Shown in pieces: positions 1 to 11,670 of a stretch of DNA of 64,000 nucleotides (the first letter of the stretch is position 1; each line of letters opens with the position of its first letter). The DNA lies in assembly GCA_951406725.2 (NCBI GenBank), contig OX597827.1, forward strand, positions 40,176,001-40,240,000. The letters run 5' to 3'. This DNA is from Octopus vulgaris. Taxonomy: Eukaryota. The notes beneath the pieces were generated by a model that was not told where the DNA came from, made no database searches, and saw nothing but the letters and a program-made list of their open reading frames with translations. The translations under genes were made by a program, and so were the position numbers.

Positions 1-114
1 ATAAAGGGACAAAACACAGGACAAAAGTTACAAAGGGTTTTGTCCGTTTGAAAAAAGTCTGTGTACAAAAGCAGGATAACATAATAATAATAAGATGATG
101 AGGCTGAGGATGAT

Positions 115-1110
115 GATTTCAAACTCTGGCACAAGGCCAGCAAGTTCGGCGGAGGGGGGTAAGTCAATTATATCGACTCCTGTGATCAATTGGTACTTAT
201 TTTATCAACACTGTGAAGATGAAAGGCAAAGTCAGCCTCAGCGGAATTTGAACTCGGAATGTAAAGATGAATGAAATGCCGTAAAGTATTTTGCCCAGCA
301 TGCTAATGATACTGCCAGCTCACCGTCTTAATAATAATCCTTTTTGCAAAAGGCACAAGGCTTGAAATTTGGCAGGGGCAGTGGGGGCTAGTCTATTACA
401 TCGACCCCAGTGTTTCACTAGTACTTAATTTATCAACCCCCAAAAGGATGAAAGGCAAAGCCAACCTCGGCAGAATTTGAACTCACCACCTTAATAATAA
501 TAATGATAATCCTTTCTGCTACAGGCACAAGACCTGGGATTTGAAGGGAGGGGTAGTTGATTACATCGACCCCAGTACTTGACTGGTACATATTTTATCA
601 ACCCTGAAAGGATGAAAAGCAAAGTCAACCTCAGAGGAATTTGAACTCAGAACATAGCAACATTTTGTCCAGTGCGCTAACGATTCTTTTCTACTTAAGG
701 CACAAGGCCCGAAATTTGGGGGGAGGAGGCCAGTCAATTAGATCAACCCCAGGATGCAACTGGTACCTAATTTATCGAGCCCCAAAAGGATGAAAAGCTG
801 TCAGCCTCTGAAGAATTTGAACTCAGAATGTAAAGACAGATGAAATACTGCTAAGCATTTCGCCCGGCATGCTAACGTTTCTGCCAGCTCACCGCCTTAA
901 TAATAATGATAATGATGATTATAATCTTTTTTAATATATACTACAGACACAAGGCCTGAAATTTAGGGGACGCTCAACTGGTACTTATTTCATCGATCCT
1001 GAAAGGATGAAAGGCAAAGTTAACTTTGGTGGAATTTGAACTCAGAAAGTAAAGAGCCGGAAAAAATACTGCGAAGTATTTTGGCCATGTAAACAATTCT
1101 GCCAGCTCAA
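115..1110 (-). mobile_element. Head-to-tail cluster of about 5-6 tRNA-derived SINEs (family A)
   Basis: Repeated ggcacaaggcc...tcgaccccag...aaaggatgaaaggcaaagtcaacct...gaatttgaactcag units separated by (TAA)n; box-B-like GTTCAAATTC on the - strand. Confidence 0.85.
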
Positions 1111-1182
1111 ATTAGAGTGTGCCTTTGTTTCCATGTAAAACAAGAGAAAAGTCCAAGGAAGATGCTTGAAATGGGTTTTGTT

Positions 1183-1372
1183 TCTTCTTCTTCTAACCGC
1201 TCAGTCGAAGTCAACTCTCGGTCACTCGTTGGATCAGTGTCCTCCAGTCAGTTCTATCCTGGGCCACTTCTTTCAGACTGGCTATGTCCATTCCGGTATC
1301 ACTCTTGATGGTGTCAAGCCAGCGGGTTCTTGGTCGGCCTCTTCCTCTCTTACCACTGACCATTGTTTATTT
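1183..1372 (-). mobile_element. RTE-clade LINE 3' end
   Basis: The - strand translates RTRWLDTIKSDTGMDIASLKEVAQDRTDWRTLIQRVTESRLRLSG*, followed by a (GAA)n tail. Confidence 0.75.
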
Positions 1373-2688
1373 AGCATTTGTTAATTCATATTAAGTTTTG
1401 ATAGAGTGACTTATAAAACTCTACATAATTTAATGTTATGTATTAAAAGACTCTTATCCCATTGTAAATAAACAAAGAAATATTGATAAGTTAGTATTAA
1501 TATATTTAACGTCTGCAATATTAAAGCATCAACTAGAAGTAAATATGTGTTAAGATAAAAAAAAAAAGAAAGAAAACTCAGTTTTGGCAATGCTATGTGA
1601 TTACGAAACTTGCTTCCCAAATATATATGGTCTCAGGTTCAATCCCACTGCACAGTAAATGTCTTCTTCTGTAGCCCTGGGCCAACCAAAGCCTTGTGAG
1701 TGGATTTGATATACAGAAACTGAAAGAAGCCCGTCAATATACACACACACATATACATGCATACGTGATATGTATGTTTGTGTGCACCCTTATCTTAACA
1801 TAACATGTTGGTTGTAAACAAGCATCACCGTCATACAAGTGATGTTGTTTATTTCCAATCTTCCAAGGAAAACATGTCTGACCATGGAAAACATTCTCTT
1901 GTTTGGAGACAGGTGAGGATTGGCGACAGGTAGGGCACCAAGTAATAGAAAATCTACAACAGATTCAATCTGATCTAAGCAAGCATGAAAAACTGGATTT
2001 TAAGTGAAGTCAAGGACGATGATGATGCTTACTTATTTCAATTTAATTTTTCCAATAAATACAAGAGATTTCAGACATGTTTTGCTTGTTTGTTTGCTTT
2101 TTTTTATTGCTTTATTCTGACTTCTTCAGCCAATCTCGCCCTCATTGTAATAAAGAAATAGTAATGAATGAGTGGACAAAAAAATATACACAATTGCACA
2201 ATTGTTGATGCGAATATATAGAAATTATTTAGAGATTCCAAAACTTGAGAATAATATTGAAGTTCAGAACCATATTGAAACACGTTCGAAACCGTCTCCC
2301 GTATTTGCAAAGTGAAAAAAAATAGAATATGCCGGAGGTATTAGACCTTAACTGATTTTCTTATTTGCTCGACATTTATTAAATATGCTAACACTAACTG
2401 GCTTATTGTTTTTTAAACACTAAATATATATAGATTCGACTACTTCTGCGTGAAAACTAGAACGATTTGAACAGAAATAACGCAATAAAGCAGAATAATA
2501 AATAATAAAATAGTGAAAACAAAATAAAACAAGACAGCTGGTAGGATTATAAAAATAGAATAAAATCATAGAGTAAGTGAGAGCTAAAAATAGCAAAAAG
2601 AAATCACTACTCAAGCGAAATAAATTAACATGCAAAGGAGACAATAGTTTAATATGTTTGGTTACAAAAATAGTTTAGATGCAGGGAT

Positions 2689-3012
2689 CAGTGTTTCTCG
2701 ACCATTTTAAATCTATGGACCCCTTTGATACCTATTTTACTCGGACGGACCTTCATATGTTTAAAAAAAATCATATTATATTTTTATAGTTAAATAGTAT
2801 TAGGAATTGTATTTAAAAATTGTTGGGATCTTTTCGGTTTGAACGGCAGTTTGTAAAAGCCAAGAGAAAATGATGTTTTATAAACACATTCTACCAGTAT
2901 ACGAAGTTTAAAATTTTTTTAGTTACCTAGAAATTATGTTACAAACTGCCGTTCAAACCGAAAAGATCCTGACCCCTTAGGACCATGTGGACCCCACCGG
3001 TAAGAACCACCG
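2689..3012. mobile_element. hAT-like MITE
   Basis: Degenerate TIRs cagtgtttctcgacc and taagaaccaccg, with internal ggacccc subterminal repeats; interrupted by the next element. Confidence 0.55.
2826..2969. mobile_element. 144-bp MITE with perfect 31-bp TIRs
   Basis: GGATCTTTTCGGTTTGAACGGCAGTTTGTAA at 2826-2856 and its exact reverse complement at 2939-2969. Confidence 0.88.
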
Positions 3013-3243
3013 TTCGGTTAAAATAATAAAGGAGAGCGTTCGGTCAAAAAGAAAAAAGAAAAAAGTACAGAACGTTTGATTGGAGTAAATAGTTTGTACC
3101 ATTCAGTCAAGTGTACACCTAAGAGCTTTCACTTTAATAGTTTATAGTTAGTTGCTAAATAGCAAAGAGAAATCTATTATTGAATAGGAAGCATGAAGTA
3201 AAAATAAGAGAAGAAAACTTTATAAGAGAAAGTAAACTGATTA

Positions 3244-3252
3244 TCACGTGAC
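3244..3252. promoter_or_regulatory. CLEAR-like E-box TCACGTGAC about 270 bp upstream of the Rab ATG
   Basis: Matches 9 of 10 positions of the GTCACGTGAC MiT/TFE/USF palindrome; lies in a CpG-retaining region; followed by a YY1-like aaaatggtg. Confidence 0.5.
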
Positions 3253-3521
3253 CAAAACAAAAATGGTGTCATAGGATTGTTTTTGTGAGTTGAGCTGTCT
3301 TCGGTGTTAGGTTTATTATTTTTTTTTATATAATTACATATTGTTATTAACGTTGTTATTATTTCGTCAGGAAAAAGTATATGTGTACGTAGAAATATTA
3401 GTGCTACGTGAGAGGTAAGAAAAGCAAGAGGATAGAATAGAAAAGTACGGGTTTGTCGTCATTTCTCGCACTAACTCTTTTTCTATCGAGTCAATCTGCG
3501 ACTTTACTCAACACAGACACA

Positions 3522-3588
3522 ATGGAAGGTGGGGAAGCAGAATCACACAAATCACTGGAAGCAAAAATTGTTTTACTCGGATCGCAAG
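3522..3588 (+). CDS. Rab5-group small GTPase (RabX1-like), coding exon 1 of 7: MEGGEAESHKSLEAKIVLLGSQ
   Basis: ATG at 3522; translation gives Rab beta1 and start of the P-loop (AKIVLLGSQ); donor AG|gtaagt at 3589, phase 1, which fits exon 2. Not in the ORF track. Confidence 0.9.
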
Positions 3589-5009
3589 GTAAGTAAATAT
3601 TGTTTGGTATTTTATAAGTGTGCATATCTCTTTCTCTCTCTCTCTCTCTCTCTACACACATACTTTTATAAGCACAGGCATACACACACGCAAACATACC
3701 ACTTGCTACTTTCATCTATCTCCCATGGGGGGTACTTTGACAACTTTGATAAATCGAACAAATTTATATCGGTCGTTGCCACTTTTATTTATATATTTAT
3801 TTTGCTTTTGCCAGAAAGGATTCGTGCTCTATAAAAAATCCGGTTTTTTTTTCAATCTGAAGACGATAAAGATGACGAGAACAATAATGATTGTCTGTGT
3901 CTAGAAAAACAAACAAAACTTGTATTGATTGTCTTTCAGATGTCCTTATATTTGTGTACAAAGTTTCTTTTCGTTGTTCAATACCACAATCGCATATTAA
4001 CGAGAGAACCTCTACGTTGTCACTCGAATTATTAGCCAAATCTACCTCCTAATCATACCCCACCATATTAAAAAAAAAAGCGTACACGTAGTCTTAGATA
4101 TGTACAAAGATGAGATGGTCACGGCTGGAATGCATTCGATTGTAAGCTCAATCAGAGCTGACATTGAGTTAAACAACAATGTAACCATTTGTCTAGAACT
4201 TCATTATATATAATATAACATTTGGTTTACTATTTTTGACATAGTAATGCTATCTTTGACAATCAAATAAATACGTAACTATTGATTTGTCTGTGTGTGT
4301 GTGTGTGTTTGGTTTTACAAACGTGAGCAAGAACTCTTATACGTAAAGCAGAGAATAATGCAAGTGTTTATTTGCTAAAAAAAACTATGTGGTGTACTCA
4401 GGGGCTCACAGATTCGTGCCAAAGCACTTCTCAAACTTTGATATATGTATGTTGTGTGTGTGATTTACATAGGCTGATTCACTTTTATTCCGGAGTTTCC
4501 TGACGTCCAGTCTAGCCAGGTAGAAACGGACTCAAGGATGACAGAGAAAGAGATCGGTCGAAATAAATTATACTCTTTCTCTCCCACATTATTAAGGCGA
4601 GTAATGGGTATGTGTGTGTGTGTGTAGAGAGAGAGATAGAGACGGACAGACAGAGAGAAGGCTCGCACGCTTATTTCATTGACTGAGATGAAATCAATTA
4701 AAGAAAGTTAACTAATACTAGCGAATTGTTTTGGAAACAAAACACGATGTCAAGTATTGGTGTTAAAGTAATTACACATATCAATTTCTTTTCTGTATTG
4801 GCATGAGTTGGATAAGGCATTTATGTTCATATTCTCTAAGAATGCCTAGCTTCTTAGATGGGACAGGAAATGCATATACTATTGACATTCCAATATATAT
4901 ATATATGTGTGTGTGTGTATGTCTGATTATTATATATATAATACACACTAGCAGAGATACCCGGCGTTGCTCGGAGTTAAAATGGCGTAGTTTTTTTTTT
5001 TGTTTCTGT

Positions 5010-5305
5010 TTTATTTGTTTCGGTCATTTGACTGCGGCTATGCCGGAGCACCGCCTTTAGTCGAAGAAGTCGACCCCAGGATTTATTCTTTGTAAGCCAA
5101 GTACTTATTCATCGGTATGTTTTGCAAAACGGATAAGTTGCGGGGACGTAAACACAGCAACATCGGTTGTCAAGCGATGCTGAGAATACAAACACACACC
5201 CAGACACACACACACACACAAATATATACACATATATACGACATTCTTCCTTCAGTTTCCGTGTACGAAATCCACTCACGGCTTTGGTGTACCTGAGGCT
5301 ATAGT
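5010..5305 (-). mobile_element. tRNA-derived SINE family B (5'-truncated)
   Basis: Shares cagtcatttgactgcggc..., tattctttgtaagcc and aaatccactcac with copies at 10310, 14360, 21130 and 26111. Confidence 0.8.
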
Positions 5306-5320
5306 ATATGTGTGTGTGTG

Positions 5321-5370
<50 letters not shown>

Positions 5371-5799
5371 TTATAATATGTATCACGCAATATCTGAGAC
5401 CCCCTTCGGTCATGACACAGACCATGGGATTGCACCTAGGAAGTTACCCTCCCAGGCACAAGTCCGGGCAAGGTTGTTTATGGAAAACCAGCAGTCGCCC
5501 ATGCATACCAGCCTTTCCTCTCTACACCACTGATGTTATCTAAGGGAAAGGCAAAGGCCAATACAGCTTGACATTATATATATAGTATATAGTACATATA
5601 TATATATTCATAAAATAAGGATAAAAATCATGTTAGTGTTTATTATCAGGTAGTCAGTATGGAATAAAATTTAATATTTAATTTATATATATATATACAG
5701 AGAGAGGGGGGAGGGAAAGAGAGAGAGAGAGAGTGGAAATCTTTCAGAGAAAGTACATGAGAAGTGAAACTTTTGTAACAGGTAGTCATGCTGGATACA

Positions 5800-6970
5800 T
5801 AGTTTTCTCTCCTGACATTCCGTATCCCCTTCTCGGTTAACTCTAAGGCCCTTTGATTCTAGACTTTGCTTCTATACCTGGAACTTCTCTTCTAGTTCTG
5901 GTAGTGATTCAACTATAAGAGCAAGGACATCAGCATAGAGGAGCTCCCAGGGGCAGTCTGTCTTAAATTCCTCTTATTGCCTGGAGGATTATGGTGAATA
6001 AGTATTGGTGGGGGTGGGAGGCTGAGCACTGATCCTTGGTGAAGCCTTACTTGTATCCTGAATTCTTCACTGTACTCATTGCCAACCCTCATCTTACTGG
6101 TAGCATCCTTGTACAGCTCTCACCAACCACTTGTCTATCCCTAGTTTCCACATTGACCACCAGATAAGGGATCAGGGGACCCTGTCAAAGGCTTTCTCCA
6201 AGTCAATAAAGGCCAAGTACAGAGGTTTATCTTTGGCTATGTATTTCTCCTGCAGCTGTCTTACCCGAAATATAGCATCAGTGGTGCTTTTCTCTGGCAC
6301 AAAACCAAACTACATCTCATCTAGGCTAACTCTCACCCTAATTAGTTGGGCTATGACTCTCTCCATAACTATCATCATCTGATCCAGCAATTTGATACTT
6401 CTGTAATTATTTCTATCTAAGGCGTCACCTTTACCTTTGTAGCAGTTGACTATGGTGCTGCTACAGCAGTCATTGGGCATGACTCCTTTGAGAACCACCT
6501 GATTTACAGTACAGGTGACTAGACTATAACCCACACTGCCAGATATTTTAAGCGTCTCAGCAGTGATTTGTGATGGACCAGAAGCTTTCCCTGCCTTCAT
6601 TTCCTTAATTGCTTTATCTACACTTTGATCTTAGCCAAAAGGCCGAGAAGCCAAGGTACTGTCAATTTGGATAGCTGGTTCCTCAGTTGGATCAACATTT
6701 GGCAGATCCTCCTCCTCCCATTCTCGATATTCAGCAGTCTTTCATAAGACATTTCTAAGCCCCTTTCTTTGCAGAATTATTAAATGCAAGTGCACCATCA
6801 TCCATGCAGACACATTTCTCTCCTATGACATCACAATTTTCTTTTACACAGTCTTGCAATCCAAATCACTTCAGTTCTTTGGTCCTCACATCACTGAACA
6901 TAGGCAAATTTCTTCTTTCTGCTTCTCCCTGTCTCCTAGCTTCCCTTCTGGCTACCTGATACAGTTCCCT
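5800..6970 (-). mobile_element. Decayed RTE-clade LINE, reverse-transcriptase region
   Basis: ORF 6310-6600 (KAGKASGPS..ITAE..K; YKGKGDALD..NYR.IKLL) plus downstream FIDLEKAFDRVP and YADVL motifs with frameshifts and stops. Confidence 0.9.
6618..6651 (-). pseudogene. 3'-truncated U2 snRNA fragment (5' end of U2)
   Basis: The - strand reads GCTTCTCGGCCTTTTGGCTAAGATCAAAGTGTAG, matching U2 from about nt 4 into the branch-point recognition sequence; no snRNA body follows. Confidence 0.88.
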
Positions 6971-8349
6971 GCTACACGCACTATTCTGGTTTGAAGGTTA
7001 TTTGAAGAATCAAATAGTTATAGGTTATGATAGTACATGTTAGTATTACAGGTTAGATGAGTGAATGAATGAATGAGGCGATTAAAAAACGAGAGAAAAA
7101 TTATTTTCCTTGCCATGCATATCATGAAACAACAGTGAATCAAGCGGCATGAAAATCTAAGAAAACATGCACTGAAGATCCTTTATAAGACCCGCAGCCA
7201 GAAATGGCCAAATAAGATGGCCAGTTTTGCCACGGGAAATAGAAATAGCAGCAAGTAGTCATTGTGAAGAGGGAGCGATGGCCAGATTACTATTGTTGAG
7301 GAGTGACACATAAAAAGACAAGGATGCAACACACACACACACACACACACAAACATGAGTGGGTGTGCTGAAAAGTTCTTGGCTTTGGGTGGAAACTTTT
7401 CAGCACTCCCTCATGTATAAATATGAGATTGGTGGGAGTGAATGGCATGGTGTGAACAGACTGGATTGTCACAGTCCAAATCAGTTATTTGGACAGTTAC
7501 TGCCTTCCTACACATTCATTTTATAGATTACACTAGAGAAGTTGTCAAGTCCTCAGCAAGATTAAAGAATCCTGTGTATTGTACATCAGCTCTGTTTATT
7601 CAAGTCAAATAGGATCAAGAGAGTGAATATAAAAAAGAATATGAGGATGATGAAGGAGGCACCAGTAGAGTTATGTTAAAGTTAGAGACAGTGATAAGTG
7701 GCTACACATTAGGGGACAGGATGGTGAAAGGAGGAGTGATGGAAATAGGGGAAGGGAAATGTATATCAACAAGAGCAAAGTAATCTATTTCAATGAAGAT
7801 TGATAAGGGAGGAAGTAATGTGTGAGAGCCTGAAGAGTTGAAGGATAATGAATATGAGTGGTAATCAGAGCAAATTATGAATAGCAATAGAAATGGGCAA
7901 CAGTAAAAAAAAGTAGGGGTTATCGTTGAAGAATGATGATGATAAGGAATTTTGAATATAGACAATTCCAGTGCCATCCCTCATTTGACAGTGATAATAA
8001 GCAAATTTAATATAGACTGAACTGGTACCCTGTCTCATTTTACAGGTGGCATGGGACAGAGAATAGAAGGAGTGCTAAATGAGAGAGTAAAAAAGGCTTG
8101 AGAAGCAAACTTAGCAGAGATATAATGAGTGAGAGACTCAAATGTAGCTACTTCATAGATCCTAACCTATCTCTACCACTGCCACCATTTTAATGACTGT
8201 TTTGCCATAGTTGCATGGGTAGGCAGGTCTTCTTCAGCACTGCATAGCATCAGTCTTCACCACTTTGTCCCATGTCCTCCCTAGCTCTCCCCTTTCCACA
8301 TTCAAGCCAAACACCCATATCTTCTTTATACAATTTATATCCTCCATAC

Positions 8350-8513
8350 ACTACACTCGCGGAGTGGTTGGCATTAGGAAGGGCATCCAGCCGTAGAAAC
8401 ACTGCCAGATCTGACTGGGCCTGACGAAGCCTTCCAGCTTCACAGACCCCAGTTGACCCATCCAACCCATGCTAGCATGGAAAGCGGACGCTAAATGATG
8501 ATGATGATGATGA
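8350..8513 (+). mobile_element. SINE family C 3' part with (GAT)n tail
   Basis: gagtggttggcattaggaagggcatccag...aacccatgctagcatggaaagcggacg...(gat)n, shared with copies at 18770, 20350, 33850 and 36475. Confidence 0.8.
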
Positions 8514-8519
8514 TACCCA

Positions 8520-9950
8520 TCATGTGTTCATAAGAGTGCTATCTTCTTTGTTGCACACTACAGCTGATTTCCATTATATCTAGCTTTTCTTTCAATACAT
8601 TTGAGTTTGGATATTCATGCACACTGTCACCATCAGAGCATGCTCATTCCACTTTACTGCCAACTTGCCTATGATCCCATCACACCTCTTGTACAGCCAT
8701 AGTTTACATAAAGCACACTTCATATAATTTCTACCTATTGTTCAGTATATCAATTACAACTATCTCCTTGACTGTTACTGGATCCTGTCTTCTCTCCTAA
8801 TTAAAACTTGAGGCTTTGCTAGGTTTACTTGGAGATCTCTTGATTCAAGTTTTTACTTCCATATTTGGGATTTCTTTGCTAAATCTTCTAGAAATTCAAC
8901 TATAATAATTTTTACAATTCAGCATATATGAGTTCCTATTGACATCTGTTTGGGTCTAGAAATCTAGGATAAACAGAAGGCACCACACACTAAATTCATT
9001 GCTGATTATTACCTTGCTGATTGTGCTTTAGTACATGGCTTGTATGACCCTCACAAGCCATTCTGGCCCTAGTTTCCTTAACAATCACCAGACTACAGAG
9101 TGCAGAACTCTACTAAATGTCTTTTCTAGGTCAACAAATACTATGCATTGGGGCTTACTCCTAGCTAAGTACTTCTATAGTTATCTCACTAAAGGGATGA
9201 CATCAATGGTATCCCTTCCTGGCACAAAGCCTAACTACATCTTAACTAGAATAATCTTGTTTGTAATCAAATGTGCTACAACTCTTTCTGCAACTTTAAC
9301 AACCTGGTCCTTCTGTTTGAGGTCTCTGTAGTAGCTTCTCATTAGCGCATTTCCTTTGCCCTTGTAACATTTGATAGTGATAATGTTTTGCAAGTCTTTG
9401 GGTATGATTCCGCCCTGTACTTCTTGACTGTTTATGCAAGTGACTTACATGTGACCTACTTCACCAGATACTTTAAGCATCTCAGCAACTATCCCTGATT
9501 GATCTGCTACCTTTCCTGCTTTATATTATTAATTGCATTTACCACCATATTGTTGCCAACATGAGTAGCTGGTCCCAGTCCCTCTATTATGTCTACTTGT
9601 CTTTATCCAGCAACCTCTTCAAATAGCATTTCCATACCTCTTTCCTTTTGACATTGGTATGGATAAGTGTACTGCTATCTTTTTCATACACATTTCTCCC
9701 CAAGGATGTGGTCCCTGTAGTTCACTGCCTTGCAATTTAGTACATTGCATGCTATGAAACATGTGCAAACCTCAGCTTTCTGCTTTTTTTTGCTTTTTTT
9801 TTTATTACTAAGTATATCTAACATTTGACTGTTCTAGTTATCTGATATTTCCTCCTTTCTTCCAGTCTTTTCAGACTGGCTCATAGATTTGAGTCTCTAT
9901 ATATGGTACTATACCACCATCATGTCACCTATCTGACCAAAACCTTGTAA
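8520..9950 (-). mobile_element. Older, more decayed RTE LINE RT fragment
   Basis: Collinear with 5800-6970 (ccttgtaacatttgat, cctggcacaaagcctaactacatc, ttcaccagatactttaagcatctcagc). Confidence 0.75.
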
Positions 9951-10309
9951 CAGTCACATAGCTGGTGCGTAGGTTGTCTGCTGAGAGCTTCAGACCAAAT
10001 ATGTGTCTGATATATCAAACATGTTCCAAAGAAACCGGATTATATAAATAATATGTGTGTGTGTTAATTCTTATGGCTTTTGTTTACTGTTTCAGAGAAG
10101 TAATCTGGTTTGTCTGGCATTGGTTTGATACAGTGCCATTTTGTTATTTAAATAACTAACAGGATGTTATTCAGCTATATGTATTTGCCATAACAAACAG
10201 GACTCCCTTCTTCCATTTGTTTCATACTTTGAAGAAGTATTTGACCCAACATTTATCAAAATTAAATAAGGAAAAGCATTTAAATTGTTCACTGTGTGTA
10301 TGATTAGTA

Positions 10310-10675
10310 TTCTTTTATTTGCTTCAGTCATTTGACTGCAGCCATGCTGGAGCACTGCCTTTAGTCGAGCAAATCAACCCCAGGACTTATTCTTTGTAAG
10401 CCTAGTACTTATTCTATCGGTCTCCCTTGCCGAACCGTTAAGTGTCGGGGACATAAACACACCACCATCAGTTGTCAGGCAATGTTGGTGGGGGAGACAC
10501 ACACACACACACAACGGGCTTCTTTCAGTTTCCGTCTACCAAATTCACTCACAAGGCTTTGGTCGGCCCAAGGCTATAGTAGAAGACACTTACCCAAGGT
10601 ACCATGCAGTGGAACTGAACCCGGAACCATGCAGTTCGTAAACAAGCTACTTACCACACAGCCACTCTTGCGCCT
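10310..10675 (-). mobile_element. Full-length SINE family B
   Basis: tRNA-like head ggcgcaagagtggctgtgtggtaag and CORE-like ggtaccttgggtaagtgtcttcta on the - strand. Confidence 0.85.
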
Positions 10676-11084
10676 ATGTGAATGTAGTTTGTACTATTAA
10701 CTATTCGTGATCAATATTTGAAGTTATTTTTATACTACTATTATAATCACCAACATGCATCTGAAAGACATTGTGTTTGATCTGCAACTATACATGTGTG
10801 GTTATATTTCTTTACATACATGGTCAGTATTTGATTGTATTTTGCACTACTGGCTATTGTCTCTCTCTTGCTGTTGTCAGTATGCCAATATGTTTTGGGA
10901 CTACTGATTATTAGTTCAACATATGTGAGCAGTATTACGATGTAATTATCATAGCCACTAATATCTGAAAAATATTGTATGTCTATGTAACCATATGCTT
11001 GCGATTGTATCTCTGTTGCATGTATGTAAGTATGCAGCTACATATATATATGTATGTATGCATGCATATATATATATAGATAGA

Positions 11085-11670
11085 TGCAGGTGTGGCTGTG
11101 TGGTAAGAAGCTTGCTTCCCAACCACATGTGTAGAACCTCAGACAAATACCTTCTACTATGGTCTCGGACCAGCCAAAACCTTGAGTGGATTTGGTAGAT
11201 GGAAACTGAAAGAAGCCTGTCGTGTGTGTGTCTTTGTGTCCATGTTTGTCCCCGCCATTACCACTAGACAACTGGTGTTGGTGTGTTTACATCCCCATAA
11301 CTAAGTGATTCAGCAAAAGAGACCAATGGAATAAGTACCATGTTCTAAAAAATAAGTTTTGGGGGTTGATTCATTCAACTAAAAAATTCTTCAAGGCAGT
11401 GCTTCAGCATAGCCACAATCTTATTTCTTTACTGCCCACAAGGGTCTACACACAGAGAGGACAAACAAGGACAAATAAATGGATTAAGTCGATTGTATCG
11501 ACCCCAATGCGTAACTGGTGCTTATTTAATCGACCTCGAAAGGATGAAAGGCAAAGTCGACCTCAGCGGAATTTGAACTCAGAACGTAGTGGTAGACGAA
11601 TTACCGCTAAGCATTTCACCCGGCATGCTAACGTTTCTGGCCACAATCTAATGACTGAAACAAATAAAAG
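11085..11670 (+). mobile_element. SINE B (+) with a SINE A (-) nested in its tail
   Basis: Family A sequence at about 11420-11640 is flanked by the direct repeat gccacaatct. Confidence 0.75.

Noticed and set aside
115-1110. Regularly recurring motifs resembling a CRISPR array
   Set aside because: Units are about 200-bp divergent SINE copies, with no unique spacers or cas genes, in a eukaryotic context.
2104-2644. Minus-strand ORFs upstream of the Rab as a divergent protein-coding gene
   Set aside because: AT-driven F/Y/I/L-rich translations with non-ATG starts and no recognisable domain.
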